From the NCBI RefSeq assembly GCF_021246445.1, contig NZ_JAJQXW010000001.1, positions 806,001 to 870,000 on the forward strand: a stretch of 64,000 bases of DNA, in the 5' to 3' direction. The notes beneath the pieces are model-generated. The model saw nothing but the letters and a program-made list of their open reading frames with translations. It searched no databases and had not been told where the DNA came from. Source of the stretch: Rhabdothermincola salaria. Lineage in GTDB: Bacteria > Actinomycetota > Acidimicrobiia > Acidimicrobiales > Acidimicrobilacustridaceae. The first letter of the stretch is position 1, and the number at the start of each line of letters is the position of its first letter. This document shows, in pieces, positions 1 through 11,339 of the stretch. Made by a program: the position numbers and the translations under genes.

Positions 1-36
1 ACCGGACCGCCGGCGTCGCGACGAGGGGGAGAGCGC

Positions 37-990
37 ATGGAGTTCCCGACGCCACCACCGGCGCCGAGCGCCGAGCAGGTCGAGGCCTACTACGAGGCCA
101 CCAGCAACTGGGGGCGGTGGGGCGACGACGACCAGCGGGGGGCGCTCAACTCCCTGACCGACGAGCACCGGGCGGCCGGCGCCGCCCTCGTGCGGCGGGG
201 CCGCAGCGTGAGCCTGGCCCACGACCTGCCCGTCACCCCGTCGCCCGAGACCCCCTCGCCGGCCCACCACCACATGCTGGCCAGCGGCGACGCCCGCGAC
301 TCCAACGGCATCCCGGGCTACGAGGCGTCGCGCGACTACGTCGGCACCGACGTGCACGGCATGGGCGTCACCCACGTCGACGCCCTCTGCCACATGTTCA
401 TCCGAGGCCAGATGTACAACGGCCGACCCGCCGAGCAGGTCAAGAGCACCGGCTCGGAGGCCAACACCATCATGGCCCTGGCCGAAGGTCTGAGCGGCCG
501 GGGCGTGTTCCTCGACGTCCCCCGGGCGTTCGGCCTGCCGCACCTCCCGGGCAACACCGCCCTCGGCGTGGCCCACCTCGAGGCCGCCGAGGCGGCCCTC
601 GGCGTGGCCGTCGGCGAGGGCGACATCCTCGTCGTCGGCACCGGTCGCGACGCCCGCAAGGCCGAGACGGGCCGCCTCGACCCGTTCCGCGACGGGCTGG
701 CCGGGCTGCACGCCGAGTGCCTCCCGTGGCTGCACGACCGGGGCATCGCCGTGCTCGGCAGCGACGGCATCTCCGACCCCACACCCGGGCTGGGCATCCC
801 CGACTGGCCCTTCCCCATCCACCAGGTGGGCATCGTGGGCATGGGCCTGCACCTCATCGACAACCTGGCCCTCGGGCCCCTCGGCGACGTCTGTGCCGAG
901 GAGGGCCGTTGGGAGTTCTTCTTCACCCTGGCCCCGCTGCGGGTCGTCGGGGGCACGGGCTGCCCCGTCAACCCCGTCGCGGTGCTGTGA
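37..990 (+). CDS. Cyclase family (kynurenine formamidase-like) metal-dependent hydrolase
   Basis: SNWGRWGDDDQRGALN N-terminus, HGMGVTHVDALCH metal motif, GRGVFLDVP, C-terminal GGTGCPVNPVAV; GGAG RBS upstream. Confidence 0.9.
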   Translation: MEFPTPPPAPSAEQVEAYYEATSNWGRWGDDDQRGALNSLTDEHRAAGAALVRRGRSVSLAHDLPVTPSPETPSPAHHHMLASGDARDSNGIPGYEASRDYVGTDVHGMGVTHVDALCHMFIRGQMYNGRPAEQVKSTGSEANTIMALAEGLSGRGVFLDVPRAFGLPHLPGNTALGVAHLEAAEAALGVAVGEGDILVVGTGRDARKAETGRLDPFRDGLAGLHAECLPWLHDRGIAVLGSDGISDPTPGLGIPDWPFPIHQVGIVGMGLHLIDNLALGPLGDVCAEEGRWEFFFTLAPLRVVGGTGCPVNPVAVL

Positions 991-1772
991 TGACCGACCG
1001 CACCCGCCTCGACGGCAAGGTGGCGCTCATCTCCGGCGGGGCGCGGGGGCAGGGCGCGGCCGAAGCCCGCCTGTTCCTCGAACGTGGTGCCCGGGTGGTC
1101 GTCGCCGACGTGCTCGCCGACGAGGGCCGGGCCCTGGCCGACGAGTTGGGGGCCGACTGTGCCTTCGTCGAGCTCGACGTCACCGACGCCGAGCAGTGGG
1201 CCGCGGCCGTGGCCCGCACCGTCGAGCACCACGGGCACCTCGACACCCTGGTCAACAACGCCGGCATCGTGCGAGCTGGTTGGATCGACTCGGTGAGCGA
1301 GGACGACTACATGGAGGTCGTGCGGGTCAACCAGCTCGGCACCTTCCTGGGCATGCAGGCCGCCGTGGGAGCGCTGCGCCAGGCCGGGGGCGGGGCCATC
1401 GTCAACGTGTCCTCCATCGCCGGGCTCCAGGGCGTGGCCGGAGCCGTGCCCTACGTGGCCTCCAAGTGGGCCATCCGGGGCATGACCAAGGCGGCGGCCA
1501 TCGAGTTCGGACCTGACCGCATCCGGGTCAACGTGGTGCACCCGGGGGTCATCGACACGCTCATGGTCAACAACCCCCAGTTCGGCTCGGTGGACCCCGA
1601 GGCCGCCTGCCGCGGCTTCCCCATCAGCCGCATGGGCCGCCCCGAGGAGGTGGCCGAGCTGGTCGCCTTCCTCGTGTCCGACGCCGCGTCGTACTCCACG
1701 GGAGCCGAGTTCCTGGTCGAGGGCGGCGCCCTCGCCGGACGACCGGCCGAGATCTCACGGAGCGAGCCGTGA
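990..1772 (+). CDS. SDR oxidoreductase (3-alpha,20-beta-hydroxysteroid dehydrogenase-like)
   Basis: SGGARGQG Rossmann motif, NNAG, YVASK; ATG overlaps the previous stop (TGATG). Confidence 0.9.
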   Translation: MTDRTRLDGKVALISGGARGQGAAEARLFLERGARVVVADVLADEGRALADELGADCAFVELDVTDAEQWAAAVARTVEHHGHLDTLVNNAGIVRAGWIDSVSEDDYMEVVRVNQLGTFLGMQAAVGALRQAGGGAIVNVSSIAGLQGVAGAVPYVASKWAIRGMTKAAAIEFGPDRIRVNVVHPGVIDTLMVNNPQFGSVDPEAACRGFPISRMGRPEEVAELVAFLVSDAASYSTGAEFLVEGGALAGRPAEISRSEP

Positions 1773-2242
1773 CCGTCCCGATCGGCACCGACGAACGCCT
1801 CGCCGCCATCCAGGACGCGCTGGGCGTGGCGGCCCGCCGGGCCAAGGACTTCGCCCTGCACGAGGCTCTCGGCCAGCGGGTCGGCTACAGCCTCGAAGGC
1901 CCGTACTACGCCACCCTTGCACGCCTGGGACTGGGTGGGCCCTGCACCGTCTCACAGCTCGCCGAGGGCCTCGGCCTCGAGCTGTCCACCATCTCGCGAC
2001 GCGTGAAGGCGCTCGAGGAACGTGGCCTCGTCACCCGCGCCATCGACACCGACGACCGCCGCATCTCCCACCTCGACCTGACCCCCGCCGGTCGGGAGCT
2101 GTTCGAGGCGCTCTCGGCCAGCTGGCGCGAGATGCTCGCCGAGGTGCTCACCGACTGGCCGGCGTCCGACGTCGACGACCTGGCCCGACTCTTCTCCCGC
2201 TTCGCGCACGACCTCGAGTCGTTCGCAGAAAGGCAGCGCTGA
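1769..2242 (+). CDS. MarR family transcriptional regulator
   Basis: wHTH TVSQLAEGLGLELSTISRRVKALEERGLV, DDRR..LTPAG. Confidence 0.9.
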   Translation: MTVPIGTDERLAAIQDALGVAARRAKDFALHEALGQRVGYSLEGPYYATLARLGLGGPCTVSQLAEGLGLELSTISRRVKALEERGLVTRAIDTDDRRISHLDLTPAGRELFEALSASWREMLAEVLTDWPASDVDDLARLFSRFAHDLESFAERQR

Positions 2243-3954
2243 TGTACGACCTGTTGCTCACCGGAGGGCTGGTGGTCGATGGCACGGGGGTGCCCGGCCG
2301 TCTCGCCGACGTGGCCGTCGAGGGTGATCGCATCGTGGCCGTGGGCCGCCTGCGGGGCCAGGCGGCCCGGCGCACGATCGACTGCGAGGGCCTCGTCGTG
2401 GCTCCCGGCGTCGTCGACGCCCACACCCACTACGACCCCCAGATCACCTGGGATCCGGTGTGCGACACCGCCGCGCTGCACGGGGTCACCACCGTCGCCG
2501 CCGGCAACTGCGGCTTCTCCGTGGCGCCGTGTCGATCCGACGACCACGACTACCTGGCCCAGGTGTTCGCCCGGGTGGAGGGGATGGACCTCGACTCGCT
2601 GGGCCACGTCGGCTGGGAGTTCGAGACGTTCGAGGAGTTCCTCGCCACCCGCCCCGGCAAGCTGGGCGTGAACCTCGGCATGTACGTGGGCCACTCCGCG
2701 GTGCGGCGCTGGGTGATGGGCGACGCCGCCTACGAGCGAGAGGCCACGCCCGACGAGATCTCCACCATGGCCGCCATGATCGACGCCGCCATGCACGCCG
2801 GCGCCCTCGGCCTGTCGTCGTCGCACGCCCCCACTCACCTCGACATGGCCGACCGACCAGTGCCCAGCCGGTTGTCGTCGCGTGACGAGATGCGCGCCCT
2901 CGCCGACGCCCAGGGGCGCCACGGGCGCGGGTCGATCGCCTACGCCCCCGAGAGCGCAGTGGAGGGGATCGACTCCGCCGACCGGGACTTCCTCATCGAG
3001 CTGGCCCAGCGCGGCGGTGTGCCCGTCATCACCCAGGGCCTCGGTGGACGCTCCAAGGTCGATGCCCCGACCAAGACGTGGCAGGAGTCGCGGGCGTTCC
3101 TCGATCGCTCGGCCGCCCTCGGTGCTCCGGTGTACTCGCTGCTGATGACCCGGCCCCTCAACGGCCCGTTCGATCTCATCGACGGAACGACCCGCTACGA
3201 AGGCGTGCCTCTCTGGAACGAGCTCATGGCGCTGGACGTGGCCACCAAGCGGACCTGGCTCGAGGACCCGACCCGACGCGACGCCCTGCGCCGGGCCATC
3301 GACGAACCCAACCGGGATCCGGCCCGGGGCTCCACCCTGCCGCCGCCGTTCTGGGAGAGCCTGCGCGTCTCGGACGTGCGCAGTGCCGAGAACGAACCGC
3401 ACCTGGGTCGGTCGATGTCGGCTCTGGCCGCGGACAGCGGCAAGCACCCGGCCGACGTCTTCTTCGACATCGCCCTGGCCGACGACCTGGCCACCGTCTT
3501 CCACTGGTCCAACGAGACCCCGGCGTGGCGCGAACTGCTCAAGGACGTCCAGAAGCACCCCCAGATGATCGTCGGCGTCTCCGACGGCGGCGCCCACCTC
3601 GACCGCGACGACGGCCAGGAGTGGTCCACCCACTTCCTGTCGACGTGGTGGAAGCAGGAGCGGGTGTGGCGCCTGGAGGAGGCGATCCGGCGCATCACCG
3701 CCGTGCCCGCCGCCATCCTGGGGCTGAACGACCGGGGCGTCGCCGCCGCCGGGTGGGCCGCCGACCTCTTCGTCTTCGACCCCGAGACGGTCGACGTGGG
3801 CACCTGCCGCGAGGAAGCGGACCGGGTGACGGGCGCGGCACGCTTCCGGGCCGTCCCCCAGGGCATCAAGGCCACCATCACCAACGGCACCATCACCGTG
3901 GAGGACGGCGAGATCACCGGCGCCGCCCCCGGTGAGGTGGTGCGGCCCCGATGA
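2242..3954 (+). CDS. N-acyl-D-amino-acid deacylase-like amidohydrolase
   Basis: GGLVVDGTG, APGVVDAHTHYD, GVTTVAAGNCGFS, SDGGAH. Confidence 0.88.
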   Translation: MYDLLLTGGLVVDGTGVPGRLADVAVEGDRIVAVGRLRGQAARRTIDCEGLVVAPGVVDAHTHYDPQITWDPVCDTAALHGVTTVAAGNCGFSVAPCRSDDHDYLAQVFARVEGMDLDSLGHVGWEFETFEEFLATRPGKLGVNLGMYVGHSAVRRWVMGDAAYEREATPDEISTMAAMIDAAMHAGALGLSSSHAPTHLDMADRPVPSRLSSRDEMRALADAQGRHGRGSIAYAPESAVEGIDSADRDFLIELAQRGGVPVITQGLGGRSKVDAPTKTWQESRAFLDRSAALGAPVYSLLMTRPLNGPFDLIDGTTRYEGVPLWNELMALDVATKRTWLEDPTRRDALRRAIDEPNRDPARGSTLPPPFWESLRVSDVRSAENEPHLGRSMSALAADSGKHPADVFFDIALADDLATVFHWSNETPAWRELLKDVQKHPQMIVGVSDGGAHLDRDDGQEWSTHFLSTWWKQERVWRLEEAIRRITAVPAAILGLNDRGVAAAGWAADLFVFDPETVDVGTCREEADRVTGAARFRAVPQGIKATITNGTITVEDGEITGAAPGEVVRPR

Positions 3955-4637
3955 GCATCGCCAGCACCGCCGACGTCATCGCCCACGACGGCGGCGACCT
4001 CGCCCCACCCCTCGTGCTGTCCACCGCCGAGGCGACGGCCCTCGCCGACGTCCTGGGCGGCCCGGTCGTCACGGTGCCGGTCCCGTCGGGCGGGGGTGAG
4101 GGCTGGGCGTGGGCCGACGACCTCGACGCCTGGCGTGGCCAGCACGTCACCGGCGAGCGAGCCGAACGGGTCGTCGTCGCCGTGTGGGCGCCCGTCGCCG
4201 CCCCCCGTCCGGTCGTCGACGTGGACCTGGCCGCGTGGATCGACGAAGCCGAGGTTCCCCTGGCGGCGTGGTGCGCGGCACTCGGCGTGGCGGCCTCCAG
4301 GGTCGCCGACAGCGGCACCATCGTGGCCGTCGCCGAGCGGCCGGCCCCGCTGGACTGCGCCGGTCACGGCGCGGCCGCGGCGGTGGCCGACGGCGTCGAG
4401 GCGCTCGTGCGCTCCCTCGCCCGATCCGAGGGGCCCCGGGGCGTGCGGGTCAACCTGGTCACCACCCCGACCCGGCTGGCGCCCGACCACCCGGTGGCCC
4501 CGGCGCCGTCCCTGGCCAGCCATCCCGGCACCATCGAGGGGGAGGTCGCCGGGGCGGTCACCATGCTGCTCGGTTCGGGAACCGGCGGGGTCACCGGCAC
4601 CGTCGTGCACGCCGACTGCGGGCGGTCGTGGCGATGA
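3951..4637 (+). CDS. Degenerate SDR-fold protein lacking GxxxGxG and YxxxK
   Basis: C-terminal SDR signature LVRSLARSEGPRGVRVNLV...VTGTVVHADCG; no cofactor or catalytic motifs visible. Confidence 0.7.
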   Translation: MSIASTADVIAHDGGDLAPPLVLSTAEATALADVLGGPVVTVPVPSGGGEGWAWADDLDAWRGQHVTGERAERVVVAVWAPVAAPRPVVDVDLAAWIDEAEVPLAAWCAALGVAASRVADSGTIVAVAERPAPLDCAGHGAAAAVADGVEALVRSLARSEGPRGVRVNLVTTPTRLAPDHPVAPAPSLASHPGTIEGEVAGAVTMLLGSGTGGVTGTVVHADCGRSWR

Positions 4638-5392
4638 GCGCCGACACGGTGGTGCTCGTCACCGGGGCCAGCGGTGGGGTGGGCCGGGGCATCGCCCTGG
4701 CGTGCGGCCAGGCGGGATGGACGGTCTGGATCGCCGCCCGGCGCGCCGACGCGGCGGCCGCCGTGGCCGACGAGGTCGACCGGGCCGGCGGGCACGGCCG
4801 ATCGATCGTCTGCGACGTCGCCGACCCCGGGTCCGTGCGAGCCGCCGTCGCCGCCGTCGTCGAGCGCGACGGGCGCCTCGACGGGGTGGTGCACAACGCC
4901 ACCAGCGGGCTCTCGCCGGTGCCGTCCGTGCTCGCCACGCTGTCCGCCGCCGACCTGCACAGCCACGTGAGCGTCTCGTTGCGCGGCACCTACCTGCTGG
5001 CCGTGGCGGCCCGGCCCCACCTCGCGGCCAGCCGGGGTGCCTACGTCGTGCTCACCTCGGAGGCCGGGTTCGAGGGCAAGGCCAAGCTGCCGGCCTACGC
5101 GGCGGTGAAGGCCGCCCAACGGGGCCTGGCCCGCACCCTCGCCCGGGAGTGGGGGGCCGACGGCATCCGGGTCAACTGCCTGGCGCCGCTGGCCGCCACC
5201 CCGGCCATGGAGGCGGCGTTCGCCAACGAACCGGCCATGGCCGAGCGGGTGCTCGGCCGCAACCCCCTCGGCCGCCTGGGGGATGCCACCGACGACATCG
5301 GGCCGGTGGCCCGCTTCCTGCTCGGGCCGGAATCGCGCTTCGTCACCGGCAACACCCTCATGGCCGACGGGGCCAGCTGTCCCATCACCTGA
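4634..5392 (+). CDS. SDR oxidoreductase
   Basis: TGASGGVG, HNA, YAAVK, GIRVN, TGNTLMADG; ATGA overlap with upstream stop. Confidence 0.88.
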   Translation: MSADTVVLVTGASGGVGRGIALACGQAGWTVWIAARRADAAAAVADEVDRAGGHGRSIVCDVADPGSVRAAVAAVVERDGRLDGVVHNATSGLSPVPSVLATLSAADLHSHVSVSLRGTYLLAVAARPHLAASRGAYVVLTSEAGFEGKAKLPAYAAVKAAQRGLARTLAREWGADGIRVNCLAPLAATPAMEAAFANEPAMAERVLGRNPLGRLGDATDDIGPVARFLLGPESRFVTGNTLMADGASCPIT

Positions 5393-5439
5393 TCGCGGGC
5401 AGCGCCCCCGTCGCGCCCTCCGCCGCCGATCGAGGCGGG

Positions 5440-6924
5440 TCAGGGCACCTGCGTACCCTCCTTGGCCACGGCCGAGGGCCGAGTGGCGAGCTGACGGGCC
5501 AGCTGCTGGCGCTCGACCGACGGGAGGTCGTCGAGGCGGGCGCTCAGCAGCTGGCGGTGCCGCTGCACCGCGTTGAGCCCCTCGTCGTCGGCGCAACGAC
5601 GGGTGAGGTCGGCCAGGTCGTCGAGCAGGACCGAGAGGCGGGCGTGGACCTGGATGGAGTCGGCCCCCCAGTGGCGCACCTCGTCGAGGGCCAGGTCGAG
5701 CAGGTCCGGCCACCGCCAGGGAGGGATCACCAAGCGGAGGGTCCCGGCGTCGTCCGGGTAGCCCCCGCAGGGATAGGAGGACCCGTGGGCGAGGCGGAGC
5801 AGATCGTGGAGCTGGTCGATGCACTGCACGGCCGTGGTGGGATCGTTGACGCCTGGCGACAGCGCCCGCTCGGCGATGTCGACGAGTTGGCGGAACCCGA
5901 ACGCCGGATCCTGGCGCATGCTGCGTTCGCTGTCCTGGCCGATGAGGTGCTCGAAGCCGTGGAGGTCGTCACCGCTCACGCCGGTCAGGCCCTCGGGAGC
6001 GTTGGGGTCGCCGATCACCCGGCGCACCACCAGCAAGGGACCGTCGCTCGGCACGAAGTCGCCGACGCGCACCGCCAGGCACAGCGTCAGGCCCCGCTCG
6101 GCGGCCAGGGCGACCAGGTTCCCGACGTCGAGGTCGGTGACCGCGCCGGGGCCGGAGGCGACCAGCAACCCGACCGGGGCCCGTCGCGTGTCGGAGTCGT
6201 CGCGTCGGGACTCGACGCTGCCGTCCTCGATCGGCTTGGTCCCGCGGCGGCGCAGCAGACCCACCTGGCCGGGCGGTACGGCTTCGTCGGAGCGCAGCAA
6301 CCGGGTGAGGTCGGTGGGCAGCACGTCCACGGTGCCCGGCTCCTCTCGCCCCTGGGCGATGGAGTGCCGGGTCTCCTTGGCGATCCGCTCGATGATGGTG
6401 ACGGCCCGCAGCGACTGGGTGGCGTGGTGGATGAACTCGATGAACATCAGCACGCTGGCCAGCATCAGCACGAACGCCACGGTGATGGTGACGTCGGGGA
6501 CCAGGCCCTCGCCGTCGGGGCCGCTGTCGCGCACCGCCCGCAGGGCCATCAGCGAGAACGTGAAGGTGGCCAGGAACACCGCGAGGGTGGCCTGGTTCAC
6601 GCGATCGCGCAGGAAGTTGCTCAGCGCCCGGGGGGAGAACTGGTTGGAGGTGAGCTGGAGGGCGACGATGGTGATCGAGAAGACCAGACCGGCGATGGTG
6701 ATGGTGGCCCCGGCGATGGCGCTGAGGATGGCGCGGGCCGCGTCGGCGTCACCGCCGAAGGCCCACCCGAAGGCGTCGTCGGACGCGTCGGTGTCGAGGC
6801 GGACGAGGAACTCGGCGGCGATGCCGGCGGCGATGACGCCCAGCAACGGGATGGTGAGGTAGGAGTTGGCGATCCGCGAGCGGAGCCGGATCAGGTCGAG
6901 ACGCGCACCTCGGGGAGCTGCCAT
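5440..6924 (-). CDS. DUF2254 family membrane protein
   Basis: FSITIVALQLTSNQFSPR, QDPAFGFRQLVDIAERALSPGVNDPTTAVQCID; several N-terminal TM helices. Confidence 0.85.
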   Translation of the reverse strand: MAAPRGARLDLIRLRSRIANSYLTIPLLGVIAAGIAAEFLVRLDTDASDDAFGWAFGGDADAARAILSAIAGATITIAGLVFSITIVALQLTSNQFSPRALSNFLRDRVNQATLAVFLATFTFSLMALRAVRDSGPDGEGLVPDVTITVAFVLMLASVLMFIEFIHHATQSLRAVTIIERIAKETRHSIAQGREEPGTVDVLPTDLTRLLRSDEAVPPGQVGLLRRRGTKPIEDGSVESRRDDSDTRRAPVGLLVASGPGAVTDLDVGNLVALAAERGLTLCLAVRVGDFVPSDGPLLVVRRVIGDPNAPEGLTGVSGDDLHGFEHLIGQDSERSMRQDPAFGFRQLVDIAERALSPGVNDPTTAVQCIDQLHDLLRLAHGSSYPCGGYPDDAGTLRLVIPPWRWPDLLDLALDEVRHWGADSIQVHARLSVLLDDLADLTRRCADDEGLNAVQRHRQLLSARLDDLPSVERQQLARQLATRPSAVAKEGTQVP

Positions 6925-6977
6925 GGGCGACCATCTTCCCCGAGTCGCGCCACGTCCGCACCCTTCGTCGGCGAGCC

Positions 6978-7676
6978 TCAGTCGTCGAGGAGGGCGAAGA
7001 GGTCGGGGTCGGTGCCGCGTATGCGGTCGAGGTTGGCCCGCCACACCTGGGGCAGGTAGTGCTTGCGGTACATGGCCTTGCCACCGAGCACCTCGGCCTC
7101 GGCGATCTCGGTGCCCCCGACGGCGACGCACTCGAGGTGGTACTGCGCCGCCTTCTCGAGGGTGATGGCCTCGATGACCGCGTTCTCGACCGAGTCCGAC
7201 GCCACGATGGCGCCGTGGTTCTTCATGAGCACCACCCGCTTGTCCCCGAGCGCCTCCACCACGTCGGTGTGGGCCTTGATCCCGTCGTCGAAGTACGTCG
7301 CCTGATCGTCGTGGAAGAGCACGGAGAGCACGTTGTACATGCCGACGGTCTGGCCCTCGATCGACGAGAGCACCGAGATGTGGTGGCTGTGGACGTGCAC
7401 GACCGCATTCACGTCGGGGCGGGTGCGGTAGATGAGGGCGTGGAAGTTCACCGCCGGTGACAGCTCGTGGTGGCCGACGAGCGGGTTGAGGTCGAAGTCG
7501 AGCTTCACGACCCCGTCGGGCACGGTCTGGTCGAGGTACTCGAAGCCGGTGACCCAGAACCCGTCGTCTTCCTCGGCGCGGGCGCTGACGTGACCGCCGA
7601 CGTTCGAGTCGCAGCCCTCGCGGTAGAGGATGCGACGGCCGGCGGCGATGCGGAAGCGGATGTCGTCGATGTCCAT
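6978..7676 (-). CDS. Class II aldolase/adducin family protein
   Basis: GHVSAR, FHALIYRTRPDVNAVVHVHS, MKNHG Zn ligands. Confidence 0.88.
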   Translation of the reverse strand: MDIDDIRFRIAAGRRILYREGCDSNVGGHVSARAEEDDGFWVTGFEYLDQTVPDGVVKLDFDLNPLVGHHELSPAVNFHALIYRTRPDVNAVVHVHSHHISVLSSIEGQTVGMYNVLSVLFHDDQATYFDDGIKAHTDVVEALGDKRVVLMKNHGAIVASDSVENAVIEAITLEKAAQYHLECVAVGGTEIAEAEVLGGKAMYRKHYLPQVWRANLDRIRGTDPDLFALLDD

Positions 7677-7681
7677 GATGC

Positions 7682-8941
7682 TCAGAAGGCCTCCGGGTCG
7701 GCCTGCACGGCCTCGGGGACGGGGTGGTGGAAGAGCTTCGAGGCGTTCTCCCACGTGATCTTGCGGATCTCGTCGGTGGGGAAGTGGCCGATCTGCTCGT
7801 GCAGCACCTTCTGGGTGTCGGGCCAGGTGCCGTCCTGGTGGGGGTAGTCCGACTCGAGCAGGAGGTGGTCGATGCCGATGCGGTGGCGCAGCTCCAGCCC
7901 CGATGGGTCGTCGATGGTGCAGAACCAGAAGTTGCGGGCCAGCACCTCGCGAGGGGTGAGGTCGATGTCGGTCCAGGTGCCGTACATCTCGGCGTAGCGC
8001 CCGACGTGGTCGAGGCGGTCCATGAGACCGGGCACCCATCCGATGCCACCTTCGGACAGGCAGATCTTGATGTCGGGGTACTTCACCGGGATCTTGGAGT
8101 AGAGCCAGTCGACGGCGGCGAACATGGCCCAGCCGAAGAACAGCACGCCGATGGTGTCCGACGGGGCGTCCGAGGAGGTCATGGGCGCACTCGACGAGGA
8201 GCCCACGTGCAGGCAGATGACGGTCTCGGTCTCCTCGCAGGCGGCCATGAACGGGTCCCAGTACCCGGTGTGCAGCGACGGCAGGCCGAGACGCTCGGGG
8301 AGCTCCGGGAAGGTGACGGCGTGGAAGCCGCGGGCCGCGTTGGCCCGGATCTCGGCCGCGGCCTCATCGGGGTCGAGCAGCCAGGGGAGCTGCACCGGGA
8401 TGATGCGGTCGGGGTAGGGCCCGGCCCAGGCCTCGAGGTGCCAGTCGTTGGAGGCTCGTACGACGGCACGAGCCAGCTCCGGGTCGCTGACGCCGAGCTG
8501 GTAGCGCTGGCCGGCGAAGCCCGCCAGCGAGGAGGGGAAGTTGAGCGAGGCGTACACGCCGTTGAGGTCCATGTCGTGGATGCGGGCGTCGATGTCGTAG
8601 GCACCCCTGCGCATCTCGTCGAACCGGGCCGGCTCGAAGCTGAGCTCGCTGCGGGGTCGCCCCACCACGGCGTTCAGCCCGACCTTGTACTGGCGCTGGC
8701 CGTCGTAGAGCCAGTACTCCATGCCCTCGTCGTCCACCTCGACCCGGGGGGCGAGGTCGGCGTACGCGCCCTTCACCCGCCCCTCGAACGTGTTCGGCGG
8801 TTCGACGAGGTGGTCGTCGACGGAGATGAAGGTGAAGTGGCGGGGCTGGCGCTCCGGGTCGGGGAGGAACGTGGGGGTCTCCGGCCTGGAGGTGGCGAAG
8901 AAGCCTTCGCGGGCCTCCATGTCGTCGAAGTTGATGCTCAC
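7682..8941 (-). CDS. Amidohydrolase (Amidohydro_2 family)
   Basis: [48 protein letters not shown] start with GGAAGG RBS. Confidence 0.88.
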   Translation of the reverse strand: MSINFDDMEAREGFFATSRPETPTFLPDPERQPRHFTFISVDDHLVEPPNTFEGRVKGAYADLAPRVEVDDEGMEYWLYDGQRQYKVGLNAVVGRPRSELSFEPARFDEMRRGAYDIDARIHDMDLNGVYASLNFPSSLAGFAGQRYQLGVSDPELARAVVRASNDWHLEAWAGPYPDRIIPVQLPWLLDPDEAAAEIRANAARGFHAVTFPELPERLGLPSLHTGYWDPFMAACEETETVICLHVGSSSSAPMTSSDAPSDTIGVLFFGWAMFAAVDWLYSKIPVKYPDIKICLSEGGIGWVPGLMDRLDHVGRYAEMYGTWTDIDLTPREVLARNFWFCTIDDPSGLELRHRIGIDHLLLESDYPHQDGTWPDTQKVLHEQIGHFPTDEIRKITWENASKLFHHPVPEAVQADPEAF

Positions 8942-8972
8942 TGGCGTGCCTTCCGTCTCGAAGAGGGCCCCA

Positions 8973-11339
8973 TCATTGCATGATGCGATCTTGGCAGCCA
9001 GCACCGGCGAGGGCGCTCCACACCCGCTCGGGGGTGAGCGGCAGGTCGATGTGCTCGACGCCGAGGTGGGCCACCGCGTCGATCACCGCGTTCTGCACGG
9101 CCACGGTGGCCCCGATGGCCCCGGCCTGGCCGATGCCCTTGGCCCCGAGCGGGTTGACCGGCGACGACAGGTCGATCGTGGTGGCCTCGATGCTCGGCAG
9201 CTCCGGCGCCGATGGCACCGCGTAGTCGAGGAGCGTGGTGCTGAGAGGCGTCCCGTCCTCGTCGTGCTGCACGGCCTCGAAGAGCGCCTGGCCGATGCCC
9301 TGCACGATGCCGCCATGCTGTTGGCCGGCCACCAGCGTCGGGTGCACCACCCGGCCGCAGTCGTCGACGGCGATGAAGCGCACGAGCTCCACGTGGCCGG
9401 TCTCGGCATCGACCTCCACCACCGCCGCGTGGCACCCCTCGGGGAAGGTCGGCCCCGGCTGCGAGGACTCCACCGCAGCACCGAGGTGGCCTTCGGGCAC
9501 CACCGAGCGCACGTCGTCGGGGAGGGAGGGATCGGCCGCCGCCCTCGCCACCCGCGCCCAGCTCACCTCCGCCGACGGCGAACCGACCACGGCGAGGGTT
9601 CCCTCCGAGGTCACCACGATGTCGGCGGGTGCGGCCTCGAGGAGGTGGGCGGCGACGGCCCGGGCCTGGTCGAGGACCTGGCGCGCGGCGCCGTCGACCG
9701 CGGCGCCGGCCAGCATCAGCGAACGGGCCGATCCGGTGCCCTCGCCGGTGGGGACCTCGTCGGTGTCGCCGCCGGGCAGCTCGACGCTCGACGCCGCGAG
9801 GCCGAGGACCGCCGAGATCAGCACCGCCCACGTGGTGCGATGGCCCTGGCCCTGGTCGTTGGCCCCGTCACGGACCAGCACCCGCACACCATCGGGATCC
9901 GACGCATCGGGATCGATCCGGATGGAGGCGTACTCGCTCGGCCGGTTCATCGGCGTGCAGTCCAGCCACATGGCGATGCCGATGCCGAGGTGGCGGGTCC
10001 CCGTCCCGGCCCGGCGCTGCGCCTGTCGGGCGCGCAGCGCGTCGTAGTCGATGCGGGCGCACGCCTCGTCGAGGCAGCGTCGTGGGTCGCCGCTGTCGTA
10101 GGTCATGCCGGTCGGGGTGGTGTACGGGTAGTCCCCGACCTCCAGCAGGTTGCGGCGGCGCAGCTCCACCGGGTCGATGGCCAGGCGACGGGCGGCAACG
10201 TCGACGAGGCGCTCGAGCATCGCGGTGGCCTCCGGTCGACCTGCTCCTCGGTAGGCGCCGACCGGCGACGTGGTGGTGGCGGCGGCCCGGCCGGCGGCCC
10301 GCACCAGGGGGATCCGGTAGGGACCCGACGCCATCAGGCCGGTGGCATTCGGGATCACGGCACCCACCATGGGGTAGGCGCCGGCGTCGGCCAGGACGTC
10401 CACGTCGAGGCCGAGGAAGCCGCCGTCGGCGTCGACGGCCAGCCGGGCCCGTTGGCGCTGGCCCCGGCCCTGCGGCATCGACTGGAGGTTCTCGGTGCGC
10501 GTCTGCACCCACTGGACGGGGCGATCGAGGGTGCGGGCGCACGCGGCCACCGCCACGGCCTCGGCGGAGGGCTCGAACTTCCCGCCGAACCCGCCGCCGA
10601 CCAGGGGAGCGACCACCCTCACCAGGGCCGGATCGAGCCCGAGGGACGAGGCGATGGCGTCGCGCACGTGGTGCACCCGCTGGGTGGAGGCCCAGACGAG
10701 CAGGCGGTCGCCGTCCGGGACGGCGAGCACGCCGTCGGGTTCCATGGGTGCCGGTGCGACCCGCTGGTTGACGAAGCGTCCCTCGACCACGTGGGGAGCG
10801 TCGGCGCACGGGTCGTCGGCCGTCCCGAAGCGCCCCTCGAACGCCACGTTGGTGCCGAGCCCGGGGAACAGCACCGTCCCGGAGCCGCTCGCGGCCGTGG
10901 CCGCGCACGATGCCTCGAGGTCGGTGACGGGCGGGAGGGGGTCGATGTCGACCACCACCATCTCGGCGGCGTCGACCGCCGCCACCCGCGACTCGGCCAC
11001 GACCACGGCCACCGCCTCGCCGGCGAAGTGCACCGTGTCGGTGGCCAGCGGCGGCCGGGCGAACGCCGGCGCCAACATGGCGTGGCCCGGGACCGGCTGC
11101 ACGCCGAGGTCCGACGCGGTCAGCACGGCCACCACCCCGGGTGCCTCGAGTGCGTCGGCGACATCGACGGCGGCGAGGTGGCCGTGGGCGTCATGGGAGC
11201 GCACGAACACGGCGTGGAGGGGAGCACCCGTGGCCCCCGCGGGGGCGAGGTCGTCGAGGTAGTGGCCCTGGCCCCGCAGCAGGGCCGGGTCCTCGAGACG
11301 GAGAGGCCCGCGGGGCGAGTCGTTCGGAGGAGCGCCCAT
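8973..11339 (-). CDS. Xanthine dehydrogenase/CoxL-family molybdopterin-binding large subunit
   Basis: [45 protein letters not shown]. Confidence 0.9.
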   Translation of the reverse strand: MGAPPNDSPRGPLRLEDPALLRGQGHYLDDLAPAGATGAPLHAVFVRSHDAHGHLAAVDVADALEAPGVVAVLTASDLGVQPVPGHAMLAPAFARPPLATDTVHFAGEAVAVVVAESRVAAVDAAEMVVVDIDPLPPVTDLEASCAATAASGSGTVLFPGLGTNVAFEGRFGTADDPCADAPHVVEGRFVNQRVAPAPMEPDGVLAVPDGDRLLVWASTQRVHHVRDAIASSLGLDPALVRVVAPLVGGGFGGKFEPSAEAVAVAACARTLDRPVQWVQTRTENLQSMPQGRGQRQRARLAVDADGGFLGLDVDVLADAGAYPMVGAVIPNATGLMASGPYRIPLVRAAGRAAATTTSPVGAYRGAGRPEATAMLERLVDVAARRLAIDPVELRRRNLLEVGDYPYTTPTGMTYDSGDPRRCLDEACARIDYDALRARQAQRRAGTGTRHLGIGIAMWLDCTPMNRPSEYASIRIDPDASDPDGVRVLVRDGANDQGQGHRTTWAVLISAVLGLAASSVELPGGDTDEVPTGEGTGSARSLMLAGAAVDGAARQVLDQARAVAAHLLEAAPADIVVTSEGTLAVVGSPSAEVSWARVARAAADPSLPDDVRSVVPEGHLGAAVESSQPGPTFPEGCHAAVVEVDAETGHVELVRFIAVDDCGRVVHPTLVAGQQHGGIVQGIGQALFEAVQHDEDGTPLSTTLLDYAVPSAPELPSIEATTIDLSSPVNPLGAKGIGQAGAIGATVAVQNAVIDAVAHLGVEHIDLPLTPERVWSALAGAGCQDRIMQ

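Noticed and set aside
8973..11339. Aerobic CO dehydrogenase call
   Set aside because: Lacks AYxCSFR and has no coxM, coxS or accessory genes nearby.
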